Source: a virus
Taxonomy: Duplodnaviria; Caudoviricetes
DNA: 43,842 nt
Virus record (IMG/VR): IMGVR_UViG_3300020045_000732
Location: 1-43,842 of that record
Strand: one strand, 5' to 3'
The position numbers and the translations under genes were made by a program. Shown here one piece after another: positions 20,201-28,961 of the stretch. Within the stretch, counting starts at the first letter, position 1. Each line of letters starts with the position of its first letter. The notes beneath the pieces were generated by a model. That model worked only from the letters and a program-made list of their open reading frames with translations. It searched no databases and was not told where the DNA came from.

Positions 20201-21857
20201 TGATCTGATCAGTCGTATGGCTGAGGTAGTAGAGGACAAGATCGGTACCAAGTACCAAAGTAACTACGAGTTCTTTAATAAGGACTTTGCTGGTGCTTGG
20301 AAACGTTGGACATCTCGTGCTTACATGGGTTTCTTTAACCCTGGTCAGTTTCTTTTACAGGCTCAGACCGCTGTTGCTGCTACGACTATCTCTCCTAGAG
20401 CAGGTCTTGCTTCATGGGCTCGCTTGCCACAGATGAGGGCTGCTTTGTATGCTGATGAGGCGCAGGTCAACCGTATTGCAGAGAACTTCTTTAAGTCTCC
20501 TAAAGGCTTTGGTAAAGATAACTTCAAGCAGCTTATGAAGTCTGCTCAAGACTCAGGGTTCCTTCAAGTAGGGGATGAAGGGTTTAGATTTAGTCAAGAG
20601 GTGCCACTAGGTATTGGTAAAGCTAAGAGCGCCTTTGTATCAGACACCTTTAATAAGGGTGGTAGACTGATTGATCAGATTGGTAACATCCCTCTTCGTG
20701 AGACTGAGCGTTGGAACCGTATGATTGCGTACTCGATTGCCTATGAAGAGCAACTTCGTAAGGTAGGCGGTACTGGTTTACTTAAACTTAACCCTAAGAT
20801 TGAAAAGGAAATGCTTGACAGAGCCTCAACCTTGAGCTTTGACATGTACGCTGCTGGTCGCAGCGCCTTATCAAGTGGTGTACCAGGGGTAATTGGCCAG
20901 TTTAAACAGTACGGTATCAACTATAGCCAAGCTATGGGCTTACTTCCTGGGTCTAAGCTTAGTCAAGCTGAGCGCATTCGTATGGCTGCTGGTGCTATCA
21001 TGCTTTATGGCGGTGCTGGTATCCCATTGGGTCGTCAAGCAGTGGACTACGCTGTAACAACATACCAAGAAACCAATAAAACACAACTAGATCCAGCTGC
21101 TATCAAGACAATGCAGACAGGTATGCTGGACGGTATGCTCGATTGGATTACTGAGGGTGAACTTAAGACTTCATTTGGTTCAAGAGCAGGTATCGGCGGT
21201 GCTTGGGATTCGTTCTTCAAGCTTGCTGCTGAAGGCAGTATTGTCGAAGCCATCGGTGGCCCAGGTGCAGCCTTGAATACTGGCTTAGTATCAGATGTCT
21301 ACCGTTCAATGAAGTTCATTGGTGACTCTGTTGGTGAAGGCAGTCTTACAGGCGAGGACTTGAAGGTTGTTGGCTATGATTTAGCCCGTAACATTAAGAC
21401 ATTCTCAGACGTTGAGAAAGCTTGGGTACTTAAACAAGGCTTGTTGCTTAGCCGTAATGGCATGCGCTTAGGTGAGGGCGAAGAGTATGGTACTCCTGAG
21501 GGTATCGCTTCTATTCTTGGTATCCCTTTAAGTCCTGAAGTTGATACGTGGGTAATGTATAAAAGCTTGAAAAGCGACGAAGAAGATGTTAAGATGGTAT
21601 CTAGGATGATGGTAGAGAACAGCCTACGCGCATCTAAGGACCCCGAGGCAGAGGAATCGTATGCCAAGCTTAACAGGTTCTTGCTTGAAGGAACTGACTT
21701 TGAGTTCAGAGATAACGTAATAAAAGAATACTCTAAAGGTTTAGGTGGTAGTCCATTCTATGATAACATGATTGAACGCAGCCTTGAACGCAGTGAGTTT
21801 GACTCTAACGTATCTACATACAAATCAAATATTAAACCAGAAGAGGTAGCTAAGTAA
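17283..21857 (+). CDS. Large internal virion (ejection) protein
   Basis: 1524 aa, TAATG-coupled, position in the ejection module, hydrophobic Gly-rich C-terminal part. Confidence 0.7.
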   Translation: MADLKEQVLPNVFDEGTVAPSEALFSDPENDVALFDAMAAPSKQPSDSTRTTAALAALAVVGQGRGTIEELEQKVQENHALILDGREPEIRERISYDKQQRQAQAFDELTGVYGTFDYVTGTDTNALEKEGVNTLYDMGMEDQTQADISEWTPEVGDVVRDRQSKVAILQKRIDDLEQVYLDSGNTVGSINATVDTLLGWMPFIQTATASKLGKKATASMFNPGASRQEKRDYLFNLPIDQFEAEVDGWVANLNESGVLNNPKVMADILKESIEGIDVTSENIRVGLGDVAGAAGSLFEAGMGVRALLTANKNPIKFMAPVNRNLASTIAVQTAQGASPASDVIQTYHAIDVMLPSQAPTLDSLSVGLSGDILRKLNNQQQLSMEALSLRQMGGRLSEEELATAVEKTSKQIASLYNPNQIMDTKVLGVDNLTGMNTMEVQFGKANGTGGWSTEDAALKGASRLKLLGAKPFQDSSGQWFVKQVHNIKEEGVVSAYDVGDIGTSFLNPVLTPSSFIPGELASAQNVAGARLLKLNSVINKELLKPLAGLGGASKKKLSTMLEMSHKNEAWLTPTQFDTEWERVAGKLPSPKEKLAYYTAKQLNDFDWLTRNRSIYTTRARQGYLNAEIGKLGFKGNAKPLSLLEQVESIKMYDITSGKYRNGMTADEWTKLQGEGYQAFYIDEGATTLPKVEGEHINVVLGKKGEFKTGPLAWEQLGYVAGGHRIYPTGSLFLKQARIYTRADGSAYQLDPMTHGITLSAKDGKLWVNDMEELRQFVKANRKELDANTLTVAQRQEFQKLTAKTQIADYDHWKALRDDGALMEDTPFELVRDGELPAASTKSTGSFLGKEDVVIDDSTKFMLNRNKRYTGKRGDLLLGPDEMDAKVLDPFEAMSMSVTNAVKTGAYYDYRVTQQDKWFETFKSQLENKTASDALFNPKWKNSTSSELVGKANDLRNNIVRQLGVRTFESKAQDDLISRMAEVVEDKIGTKYQSNYEFFNKDFAGAWKRWTSRAYMGFFNPGQFLLQAQTAVAATTISPRAGLASWARLPQMRAALYADEAQVNRIAENFFKSPKGFGKDNFKQLMKSAQDSGFLQVGDEGFRFSQEVPLGIGKAKSAFVSDTFNKGGRLIDQIGNIPLRETERWNRMIAYSIAYEEQLRKVGGTGLLKLNPKIEKEMLDRASTLSFDMYAAGRSALSSGVPGVIGQFKQYGINYSQAMGLLPGSKLSQAERIRMAAGAIMLYGGAGIPLGRQAVDYAVTTYQETNKTQLDPAAIKTMQTGMLDGMLDWITEGELKTSFGSRAGIGGAWDSFFKLAAEGSIVEAIGGPGAALNTGLVSDVYRSMKFIGDSVGEGSLTGEDLKVVGYDLARNIKTFSDVEKAWVLKQGLLLSRNGMRLGEGEEYGTPEGIASILGIPLSPEVDTWVMYKSLKSDEEDVKMVSRMMVENSLRASKDPEAEESYAKLNRFLLEGTDFEFRDNVIKEYSKGLGGSPFYDNMIERSLERSEFDSNVSTYKSNIKPEEVAK

Positions 21858-21858
21858 T

Positions 21859-23619
21859 ATGGCTCAATTAACAGACCAACTCTCTACTCCAAAGAACCAA
21901 ATCCAAGTAAGGGAGCAAGGGGTAACTAACTCGGCCGCTGCTATCGTAGGTGGATTGTCCGCCCTAGTCAGCCCATTGGTCGCTTCTTACAAGGAAGCCC
22001 AAGATACCAAGAAGCTTACTGTGATCGAGCAAGGTCTTGAGGATGAATACGTACGCCTCAGTGACGCCTATAAACAGGGCACTATCAAGTCAAGTGGTGA
22101 GTTTTTTAGACGTCTCAATGCCAAGGTTCGCTCGTATGAGGCTGACTACCCAAGCATTGCTGATAACATTAGACAGCGTGTTAACCAAGAGTTTGGTGGC
22201 ATGCCTGGCCAGATGGGGTTTGATGCTACTGTCGATCCTATGCGTATTGAAGAGCAAGCAAAGGACAACACCTTTAAAGAAGCTATGAGTTATGGTATTG
22301 AGATCCGTGATGCTGAAGGCCGTGTAGACAAAGACGCTACTACTAACATGATGATGCAGTTTAAAGCTGAGGAGTTTAAAGCTAGGTTTAAAGACCCCGC
22401 GGCGACTAAAGCTGAAGCTTCTAGCAGGTTGTATCAGAGCTTGAGTGAGCGTCGCAGTATCCTTATGACTTCACTGGACTCAAAGATTAACACGCTTACT
22501 GCTGATGCTACATTGACAGATGCTCAGAAGTTGGCCGGTACTCAACAGATGGTCAATCAAGCTCGTCTTCAATGGATGAACCAAGTAGTTATCCCTGAGA
22601 CAGACACGTCAGGTGGTGACCTTGATGATATCAAGAAGATTAAAGACCAACAAGACGCTTACTTTACAGCTAAGCTAGAGTTGTTGACTGATGAGAAGTT
22701 CGGTACTATGCGTGACAGATCACGTATCGTTAAGGAAGTAACAACTTCAATGGGTCTTGACCTTGAGGAGTCTGCTCCTTGGTTAACAGCTATGGCTGAC
22801 AAGTTTGGCTCGGATGCAGTAGCTCCTTTGATTGCTAACGTTAGTCTGTATAAACCTACTGAAGGTGGGGCTAGCCTAGGTAGCCAGCTTAAGACTAAGG
22901 TAGGTGCTGCTGTAACTAAGATGATGCAAGTCAATACTGTTAACGGTGCCCTTGATGGGTCTGTTGACACTGGTAGCCTAGCTGTTGGCGATAAGAAAGC
23001 AGTGGCCGGTATCCTTACTGGTACTGTTAAACAGATGGCAGAGAAGCCATTGACTCAGGATAGCTCTAAGGCTACGTACGTTAAGGCGTGTGGTGAGATC
23101 TGTAAGCTTGCTGGTACGTCTATGCGTGACTCAGACAAGGAGTATGTAATGGATCTGTTTGCTAACAAACCTGCTGGTGTACAGCTTATGAAGCTTAGAG
23201 GCCCTCAGGCCAGAGACACTGCTATTCAAATGCGTGACCTTGGTATGGGTTACATTATGGATAACTTTAATAAGTCAGATGTGCCGTTACAATACAACCC
23301 AAGTGTTGGTAGATTCAGCCCTACTCAAGGCGCTAAGTCTTCTGACCTTGCTAAGATTATTAAACTGAACAACGCCTTGACAACCAGTACTAAGGCAGTT
23401 ACATTACTCGGTGGCTCACACAAAGAAGCCGAGGTAAAGCAATACCTTATTGATAGTCTGGGTCTGCCTACTGATCCTAACTACACTAAACCTATTGTCA
23501 GTGGAGAGTTAGATAATGTCTTTAACGAAACAAAGAAGGTGGACGAGAACCAAGGCAGTTGGATTGATCTTGATTACGATCCCACTACTGGTAAAGTCTC
23601 ACCCCGTAAAGGTAAGTAA
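21859..23619 (+). CDS. Internal virion protein
   Basis: 586 aa, helical, GAGG RBS, follows the large ejection protein. Confidence 0.6.
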   Translation: MAQLTDQLSTPKNQIQVREQGVTNSAAAIVGGLSALVSPLVASYKEAQDTKKLTVIEQGLEDEYVRLSDAYKQGTIKSSGEFFRRLNAKVRSYEADYPSIADNIRQRVNQEFGGMPGQMGFDATVDPMRIEEQAKDNTFKEAMSYGIEIRDAEGRVDKDATTNMMMQFKAEEFKARFKDPAATKAEASSRLYQSLSERRSILMTSLDSKINTLTADATLTDAQKLAGTQQMVNQARLQWMNQVVIPETDTSGGDLDDIKKIKDQQDAYFTAKLELLTDEKFGTMRDRSRIVKEVTTSMGLDLEESAPWLTAMADKFGSDAVAPLIANVSLYKPTEGGASLGSQLKTKVGAAVTKMMQVNTVNGALDGSVDTGSLAVGDKKAVAGILTGTVKQMAEKPLTQDSSKATYVKACGEICKLAGTSMRDSDKEYVMDLFANKPAGVQLMKLRGPQARDTAIQMRDLGMGYIMDNFNKSDVPLQYNPSVGRFSPTQGAKSSDLAKIIKLNNALTTSTKAVTLLGGSHKEAEVKQYLIDSLGLPTDPNYTKPIVSGELDNVFNETKKVDENQGSWIDLDYDPTTGKVSPRKGK

Positions 23620-23623
23620 CCAT

Positions 23624-24220
23624 ATGCCAAAGTATAATATCAATGGACCTGATGGTCAACAAGCAAGAATAGAACTTCCAGATGGTGTAGACTTCAACAC
23701 TATTGACTTCTCGTCTGTGTTTAAACCTGCAAAGGAAAAGGTTCTTAACGTCACTGAACGTGGTGTTAACTTGATCAAAGGGTTTGAAACCTTTCAAGCT
23801 AAACCGTATGATGACTTCGGTGCTCTGTCTATCGGCTATGGCACTAGGGGTATCGCTGATCCTGATGATGAGATCACTGAACCACAGGCGGACGGTTTAC
23901 TGAGACAGCACATCAAGAAGGATATCATCCCTTGGGTAAAGGATAACGTTAAGGCTAAGCTTGAGCCTCATCAACTGGATGCTATTGTCTCGTTGGTGTA
24001 CAACGTAGGTACCTCTGCGTTTGGTAAGTCTCGTGCCCTTGCTGCCCTTAATGAGGGTGACATGGATACGTTCAAGCGAGAGGCATTCGATAAAGAAAGA
24101 GGGTTTACTAAGGTCACTAAGAATGGAACAAAGCGCATCAGTCCAGGCCTAGTGGGTAGACGTGAAAAAGAAGAGGCGCTTTTTAATGGAGAAATAAACG
24201 ATGAGTTCGGTATTGGATAA
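23624..24220 (+). CDS. Phage lysozyme (GH24) with N-terminal extension
   Basis: IKGFE...PYDD....SIGYG catalytic segment, DAIVSLVYNVG, GLVGRREKE.ALF. ATG 23624 after AAAGG. Confidence 0.88.
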   Translation: MPKYNINGPDGQQARIELPDGVDFNTIDFSSVFKPAKEKVLNVTERGVNLIKGFETFQAKPYDDFGALSIGYGTRGIADPDDEITEPQADGLLRQHIKKDIIPWVKDNVKAKLEPHQLDAIVSLVYNVGTSAFGKSRALAALNEGDMDTFKREAFDKERGFTKVTKNGTKRISPGLVGRREKEEALFNGEINDEFGIG

Positions 24221-24503
24221 AATCTTAAGTTCTAAATACTTTCCTAACAGGGATGCTCTTGCCGGTGGTTTGGCAGGTATCCTTGCTTTCCTTGTTACTG
24301 CTCTTACTGGTCTTGATAATGATACTAGTATGGCTGTTGTCACTGGCGTCATGGCTTTGGTATTCCACTTTACACCATTGTCGTTGCGTGACTTGGCTAA
24401 AGAAGCTGACACAGTAATCAAAGACAAGTCAGGTGCTATCACTGACATCTTGATTAAGTTCGATTCAACGGGGAAAACTAATGTTGTTGAAACTGCTAAG
24501 TGA
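24201..24503 (+). CDS. Putative holin
   Basis: Two hydrophobic helices, charged C-terminal tail, GGAG RBS, between lysozyme and spanins. Confidence 0.65.
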   Translation: MSSVLDKILSSKYFPNRDALAGGLAGILAFLVTALTGLDNDTSMAVVTGVMALVFHFTPLSLRDLAKEADTVIKDKSGAITDILIKFDSTGKTNVVETAK

Positions 24504-24714
24504 TACTGAGTTAGTTCAGTTCCTTATCAAGCTTATCACTGGTATGGGGGCAATCTTCTTTGCCTACCGCCAGGGTAAGGCTAAGGTAAAGAGCGATATA
24601 AAGGATGAGGTCTTAAAGGAGAAGGATGATGCTATTCAAATTAATAACATTGTGCGTAATACTGAGCACGACGATCTCATTGACCGGGTGTACGGACCCA
24701 AAGATCCAGACTAG
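24481..24714 (+). CDS. Putative inner-membrane spanin (Rz-like)
   Basis: N-terminal hydrophobic segment followed by a charged helix. Overlaps the lipoprotein gene. Confidence 0.6.
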   Translation: MLLKLLSDTELVQFLIKLITGMGAIFFAYRQGKAKVKSDIKDEVLKEKDDAIQINNIVRNTEHDDLIDRVYGPKDPD

Positions 24715-24841
24715 TTTGTATCGTAAGGTGATACTTGAAAGGCCGGTAGGAGATTGTGCCTACCAGCCTCGCAAAGTATTAGAAGATATCGACTACAACA
24801 ATCGCTTAATTAGCGGCGATCTTACTGCCGTAGTGAGATAG
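24626..24841 (+). CDS. Putative outer-membrane spanin lipoprotein (Rz1-like)
   Basis: Signal peptide with lipobox LTGC, overlapping the i-spanin in another frame. Confidence 0.7.
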   Translation: MMLFKLITLCVILSTTISLTGCTDPKIQTSLYRKVILERPVGDCAYQPRKVLEDIDYNNRLISGDLTAVVR

Positions 24842-25084
24842 ATCATTTTCTAAATCCCACAGCTTGTTCAGTTGCACTGTTACGAACTTACAAGCCATGT
24901 CTGCAATGCCATTCTTATTCGCATCAGCAATAGCACGTTCCTCAGTCTTGAATGTCTTGTCTGCTGCTACCCAGCCAGCTGCTGAGTCTTCAAAGTTGTA
25001 CATATACGACCACTCTTTAACTTTGCGCGATACGTAGGCTGCTTTCTTAGTAGCTTTTTGTTTCTTATTCTTCATGGTTGTCAT
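24806..25084 (-). CDS. Hypothetical protein, last gene of the - arm
   Basis: Open frame continuing the overlapping - strand gene chain, Lys-rich N-terminus. Start 25084 or 25075. Confidence 0.6.
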   Translation of the reverse strand: MTTMKNKKQKATKKAAYVSRKVKEWSYMYNFEDSAAGWVAADKTFKTEERAIADANKNGIADMACKFVTVQLNKLWDLENDLSHYGSKIAAN

Positions 25085-25301
25085 TACTTTCTTGGTCAAA
25101 AAGTTCTAGTTGAACGGGTTCGTCCTCTAGAGTTTCTAGTTCTTCGATCATCTCTACGTCGCATACGAACTCTCCAATGTGGCCTTGGCGCACAAGTGTA
25201 GAGACAATGCGACTCAGTAAAGCTGGATCGACATCCGGCAATGCAGTTGATAGGTCTTGCATTACCAAATCTGGGTATAGCATGGAAGCGTCTTCTTTCA
25301 T
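25065..25301 (-). CDS. Hypothetical acidic protein
   Basis: ATGA-coupled to the upstream gene. Confidence 0.65.
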   Translation of the reverse strand: MKEDASMLYPDLVMQDLSTALPDVDPALLSRIVSTLVRQGHIGEFVCDVEMIEELETLEDEPVQLELFDQESNDNHEE

Positions 25302-25567
25302 TTTGAAACCTTCTTATAAGCTGTGGTGGTTACGGTTACTGGTACCACTTCTTCTAACTCGATATCATCGGAGTACTTCCAATCGTTGTCACAACTCTCA
25401 GTGGAGCCATCACCGCGGAACCATTGGTAGTATTTACCTTGATATAAGTATACAAAGCGTCTAGTTGTTCGCCAGCGAGACTGGTCTACAATCTCTTCAA
25501 GTATTTCTTTCACTTCAACGCCATCTGCTGTCTCGCCTTCGCATAGATCTTCTGCCTTAAGTATCAT
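25298..25567 (-). CDS. Hypothetical protein
   Basis: AAGGAG RBS, ATGA-coupled. Confidence 0.7.
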   Translation of the reverse strand: MILKAEDLCEGETADGVEVKEILEEIVDQSRWRTTRRFVYLYQGKYYQWFRGDGSTESCDNDWKYSDDIELEEVVPVTVTTTAYKKVSK

Positions 25568-25719
25568 AGTAGCTCTCCTTCATCTAATAACTCTTTAATC
25601 TTTTCATCGAACGCTTCGATAACGTCATCCATACTCAAGCCAAGTAACTCCAACAACTCCATTGGATCGTACCTGTCTTTAAGTAAGTTCTGTAAGTCTA
25701 AGTCAATAGCCAGTGGCAT
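25564..25719 (-). CDS. Small acidic hypothetical protein (51 aa, MPLAIDLDLQNLLKDRYDPMELLELLGL...)
   Basis: Fills the gap exactly, GGAGAGG RBS, ATGA overlap with the next gene. Not in the ORF track. Confidence 0.65.
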   Translation of the reverse strand: MPLAIDLDLQNLLKDRYDPMELLELLGLSMDDVIEAFDEKIKELLDEGELL

Positions 25720-25720
25720 G

Positions 25721-26500
25721 TTAGGAGTACCTCTCCTTTAATCGTTGGATGGAGATTTCAGTCCTGTCGTAATCCCCGTTAGTAACGTTGTTCTTAATAT
25801 GAACCCCATCCCACCAAAGGGCTTGGCCTGGTCCTGCGTAGGACGAGTTATGGTCAGGATCATGGAAGGACCCACAGATAAGGCCTTGCATACGTACTCC
25901 ATCTGCTCTTACTCCTTCTGCCCAGTCACGGCTATGTGCGTGACCCATTGTACAGGACATGTGATGCTTCGCTACTAAGGCTCTAGCGGTCGAGACGGGT
26001 CTGCCCATAATCCCTGATACGAAGTAATGAGAGTACATAATGCCATCAACACATCTCGGGCTGAGGAACGGGGCCACTGATATATCGAGATCAATTCTCG
26101 GATGTAGATCAGACATGCTAATCGCTCCGTCCAATTCGGGCTGACGCTCAATAGCTTTATGAATTCTATACTCGTGATTGCCGGTAGTCCGCAAGATGGT
26201 AGGGTTATAATGAGCTTTCTTTGATTTGGTCCTAGTATTGTTATATCGAAGGATGGCTCCGAAACAGAGGGCGTCAGCCTTATGTCCAGACTCGACATCC
26301 GATTTATACCTTCGACCTTCAAAAGACTTTGTTCCCTTATCATAGCTACACAATGACTCCATGTCCCACCAGTCACCAATATCAATGATGACGTCAGGCT
26401 TCTCTTCAAGGATTAACTCACCAAGCCATCTGAACCGCTCAAGTGACTCGTTAGGTTTAGCGTGTGCGTCTGGTATTAAGAGGTGCTTACGTCCGTGCAT
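25721..26500 (-). CDS. Calcineurin-like metallophosphoesterase
   Basis: Motifs DxH (PDAH), GDxxD (GDWWD), GNHE, SH, GHxH (GHAH). Confidence 0.88.
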   Translation of the reverse strand: MHGRKHLLIPDAHAKPNESLERFRWLGELILEEKPDVIIDIGDWWDMESLCSYDKGTKSFEGRRYKSDVESGHKADALCFGAILRYNNTRTKSKKAHYNPTILRTTGNHEYRIHKAIERQPELDGAISMSDLHPRIDLDISVAPFLSPRCVDGIMYSHYFVSGIMGRPVSTARALVAKHHMSCTMGHAHSRDWAEGVRADGVRMQGLICGSFHDPDHNSSYAGPGQALWWDGVHIKNNVTNGDYDRTEISIQRLKERYS

Positions 26501-26652
26501 GCCTGTTGGCCTTCTATTACGAGGTCGTACAGAATCTTGACTGCTTTGACCTGGGTTAATATTTCAGATTCATCTGTATTAGAGTCAGTTAGTACGCGTT
26601 CGTATCTTTTCAATAGCTTGGCTACAATATTAATTGCTTCCGTCGTAGTCAT
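26476..26652 (-). CDS. Hypothetical protein (58 aa, MTTTEAINIVAKLLKRYE...)
   Basis: GGAGG RBS, fills the gap between endonuclease and phosphoesterase. Not in the ORF track. Confidence 0.55.
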   Translation of the reverse strand: MTTTEAINIVAKLLKRYERVLTDSNTDESEILTQVKAVKILYDLVIEGQQACTDVSTS

Positions 26653-26678
26653 CGTAGACCTCCATGTTGTGCGCCCAC

Positions 26679-27143
26679 TTAGGTTTTCTTTTTGGCTTTG
26701 GTACTTCTACCTTTGTAGGTGGGATAGCTTTTCCCCTTGTAAGCTTTTCGTACTTCTTCTTGCCACTCTTCGGGAATCCGCCCTTCGGCCCATTTGAAGC
26801 CATGTTTGTCACACCATTCACTGTAAGTTGTCTTTGATTTAGTACTTAGTTTGTTAGACGCTTTCATGAACACGAAGCGAATGTCTCTATCAGGGTGGGC
26901 TTCCTTAACTTTAAGATGCTTGGCTCTATCCCTGCCTGTGAATCTTCCCTTGGTTTCAATGAGCATGACTCCTCCAAGATCGAAGTCGGGGTAGTACTTG
27001 TGCTCCTGTGTAAAAGGAAGTGTAATCTTCTCGTACTCATAGGGAATACCTTTGTCCTCTAGATCAAGGGCAAACTGTTGTTCGAACTTAGATTTAAAAC
27101 GTTTGTTTGCCAAGTCTCTGAGCCTTTGGTTGGAGGTAGCCAT
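26679..27143 (-). CDS. T7 endonuclease I-like Holliday junction resolvase
   Basis: FKSKFE, YEYE, YYPDF, IETKGRF, DIRFVF, WCDKHGF motifs. Confidence 0.9.
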   Translation of the reverse strand: MATSNQRLRDLANKRFKSKFEQQFALDLEDKGIPYEYEKITLPFTQEHKYYPDFDLGGVMLIETKGRFTGRDRAKHLKVKEAHPDRDIRFVFMKASNKLSTKSKTTYSEWCDKHGFKWAEGRIPEEWQEEVRKAYKGKSYPTYKGRSTKAKKKT

Positions 27144-27309
27144 GTGTTATATACCAGTTGTAAGCGCGTTGAAAGCCTTTGAAGTCGTCCTTCATAATAT
27201 AATTACTTAAGACATACTGCTCAAAGTCTACGACATTATGGCCGGTATAGATAAGCTCACCGTTTAAACGAGTAAGAGACTCATCATCAGGGTGTGTGAA
27301 CCACTTCAT
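27094..27309 (-). CDS. Hypothetical protein
   Basis: GAGG RBS, bridges the exonuclease and endonuclease genes. Confidence 0.55.
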   Translation of the reverse strand: MKWFTHPDDESLTRLNGELIYTGHNVVDFEQYVLSNYIMKDDFKGFQRAYNWYITHGYLQPKAQRLGKQTF

Positions 27310-28138
27310 TTAGGTTGATTTCCTCAACTCTTGGTAGTTTTTCTACGTGGGTATAGTACTTAGTACCGTTGCTGTACTTGAATGCACGAAGGTTAGGGTG
27401 GCACTTAGTCTTACAGTGGCAATATCTACAGCCACCAGCAAGAGTGATGTTACCATTAGCCTCAGTCTCAAGGCGACAGTCCTCTGAATCAGGTAGCTCA
27501 CCTGTAGACAGGGTGTTATTGATTTCGTCGATGCGATCAGCAATGTTAGGAGTTTCAGATACGTCTACCTGAGTAAGGCACAGTTTACCAGACTCTTTGT
27601 CTACTGCAAGGAAGGCACCTTTAGTCTCGCCTTGTGCTTGCATGTAAGAGCCAATCTGGTAAAGGTAACCGAATGGATCGTCCTTGGCTAAGGTGTTGTC
27701 TTCAAACTTCTTGAACCCAAAGGAAGAAGCTGACTTAGTATCGACAGTGACACCATCAATCTTACAGTCAATGTAACCGTTAACACCTTTAATAGATACA
27801 CGCTTCTGGCGATCAGTTACTTCGTGGCCACTCAGTTCGACCAGCAGTAGCAACAGTTCTTCTACTAAGTCGCCGTAAAGGAACTTTAGTTTATCTGCCG
27901 CGTCTGGGTCAGGGCGCTTAACACCCCTCATGTACCAGAAGATACGCTTCAATGGATCGCCTAACATGGACATGTATAGTCTAGGTGGGCGTGGTTCACG
28001 AGGCTTAAGGCGTTCGAGGAGAAGGTTAGTAAGGCGTGTTGCGAAGGACATAACAACATCCTTACTAACCTCTTCACTCAGACCCTTAGTAAGAAGGTCT
28101 TGGACATCCTCAACCACAGTACTAAGAGTCTTGGCCAT
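27287..28138 (-). CDS. PD-(D/E)XK (Cas4/RecB-like) exonuclease
   Basis: GYIDC.IDG..VDTKS, YLYQIGSY, C-terminal CRYC....C. Confidence 0.82.
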   Translation of the reverse strand: MAKTLSTVVEDVQDLLTKGLSEEVSKDVVMSFATRLTNLLLERLKPREPRPPRLYMSMLGDPLKRIFWYMRGVKRPDPDAADKLKFLYGDLVEELLLLLVELSGHEVTDRQKRVSIKGVNGYIDCKIDGVTVDTKSASSFGFKKFEDNTLAKDDPFGYLYQIGSYMQAQGETKGAFLAVDKESGKLCLTQVDVSETPNIADRIDEINNTLSTGELPDSEDCRLETEANGNITLAGGCRYCHCKTKCHPNLRAFKYSNGTKYYTHVEKLPRVEEINLNEVVHTP

Positions 28139-28144
28139 GCTAGA

Positions 28145-28642
28145 TTACTCCCCGCCTACCATGTCAAATGGAACTTCATCCTCAAGATCAACTGGTGTAG
28201 TTGTGAAGCTTGAGCCTGGAATTGTACGTGCACCAAATGTCTTAAGACTCACCACTTGAAGGGCAAGCAGCAACGCACGAGTACCATTACCGATAGGCTT
28301 GCGTGTCTTTTCGTGCAGCATTGTCCAGTCTTTAGGTCTGAACTCTACGTTCACAATAGAGCCGTTACCAATCAACTCAGTAATAGGTTTGCCTTGCATG
28401 TCAATAACAGGCAGGGGATTCTGTTCACCCTTCTGAGACTTGGCATACTGCCACAATGTGAAGAAGCTACCCTTGTTAAAGGCACCTTCTTTAGTACATT
28501 CCTTGACTGGGATCTTCAAGCTCTTTAATAGAGCGATTGATTCAGGTGTAAGCTGGCCTACTTCGAGTGAGTACTTGTTGTCTTCAGCATTCTCTGGAAA
28601 TACTTTTGCAAAGTACGCTGTGCCTTGTAGTGTATGTGCCAT
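28145..28642 (-). CDS. Single-stranded DNA-binding protein (T7 gp2.5-like)
   Basis: IGNGS.VNV and L.ALQVVSL motifs, acidic tail DLEDEVPF. Confidence 0.8.
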   Translation of the reverse strand: MAHTLQGTAYFAKVFPENAEDNKYSLEVGQLTPESIALLKSLKIPVKECTKEGAFNKGSFFTLWQYAKSQKGEQNPLPVIDMQGKPITELIGNGSIVNVEFRPKDWTMLHEKTRKPIGNGTRALLLALQVVSLKTFGARTIPGSSFTTTPVDLEDEVPFDMVGGE

Positions 28643-28682
28643 ATTTGTGGCTCCCTTTTTCTATTGTTAAGTTAGTATATCT

Positions 28683-28711
28683 AAGATAGCACGTAGTAAC
28701 TCATCTGTCAA
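28683..28711 (-). promoter_or_regulatory. sigma70-type promoter ahead of SSB
   Basis: Minus strand TTGACA (28711-28706), 17 nt, TG-n-TATCTT (28688-28683). Confidence 0.65.
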
Positions 28712-28961
28712 GGGGCTTCCGTCCCCATTCAGTATTAAGTGTCTCTACTTGACGGAGTACTCTTGCTAACCTAGATGCTTGGTGGTAAGCAAGATCAGAG
28801 GCAACGGCAGGGAATCTCGTACGGTTAGTATTTGCTTTATGTAGAGTGTATCTTGTTGTACGTTTGAATTTAATTATGTAGTTGTAAGTGTTATGCGTTG
28901 TATCCGCTATTGTTTCTACATCCTTCTCAAGCGCAGGTAAATAATGACTAAGGGCGTACAT
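28701..28961 (-). CDS. Hypothetical protein
   Basis: ATG 28961 with GGAG RBS (the ORF track opens at 29060). Confidence 0.55.
   Translation of the reverse strand: MYALSHYLPALEKDVETIADTTHNTYNYIIKFKRTTRYTLHKANTNRTRFPAVASDLAYHQASRLARVLRQVETLNTEWGRKPLDR

Noticed and set aside
27287-28138. Cas4-like nuclease as a sign of a CRISPR system
   Set aside because: No repeat-spacer array or other cas genes seen. Such exonucleases are routine in phage replication modules.
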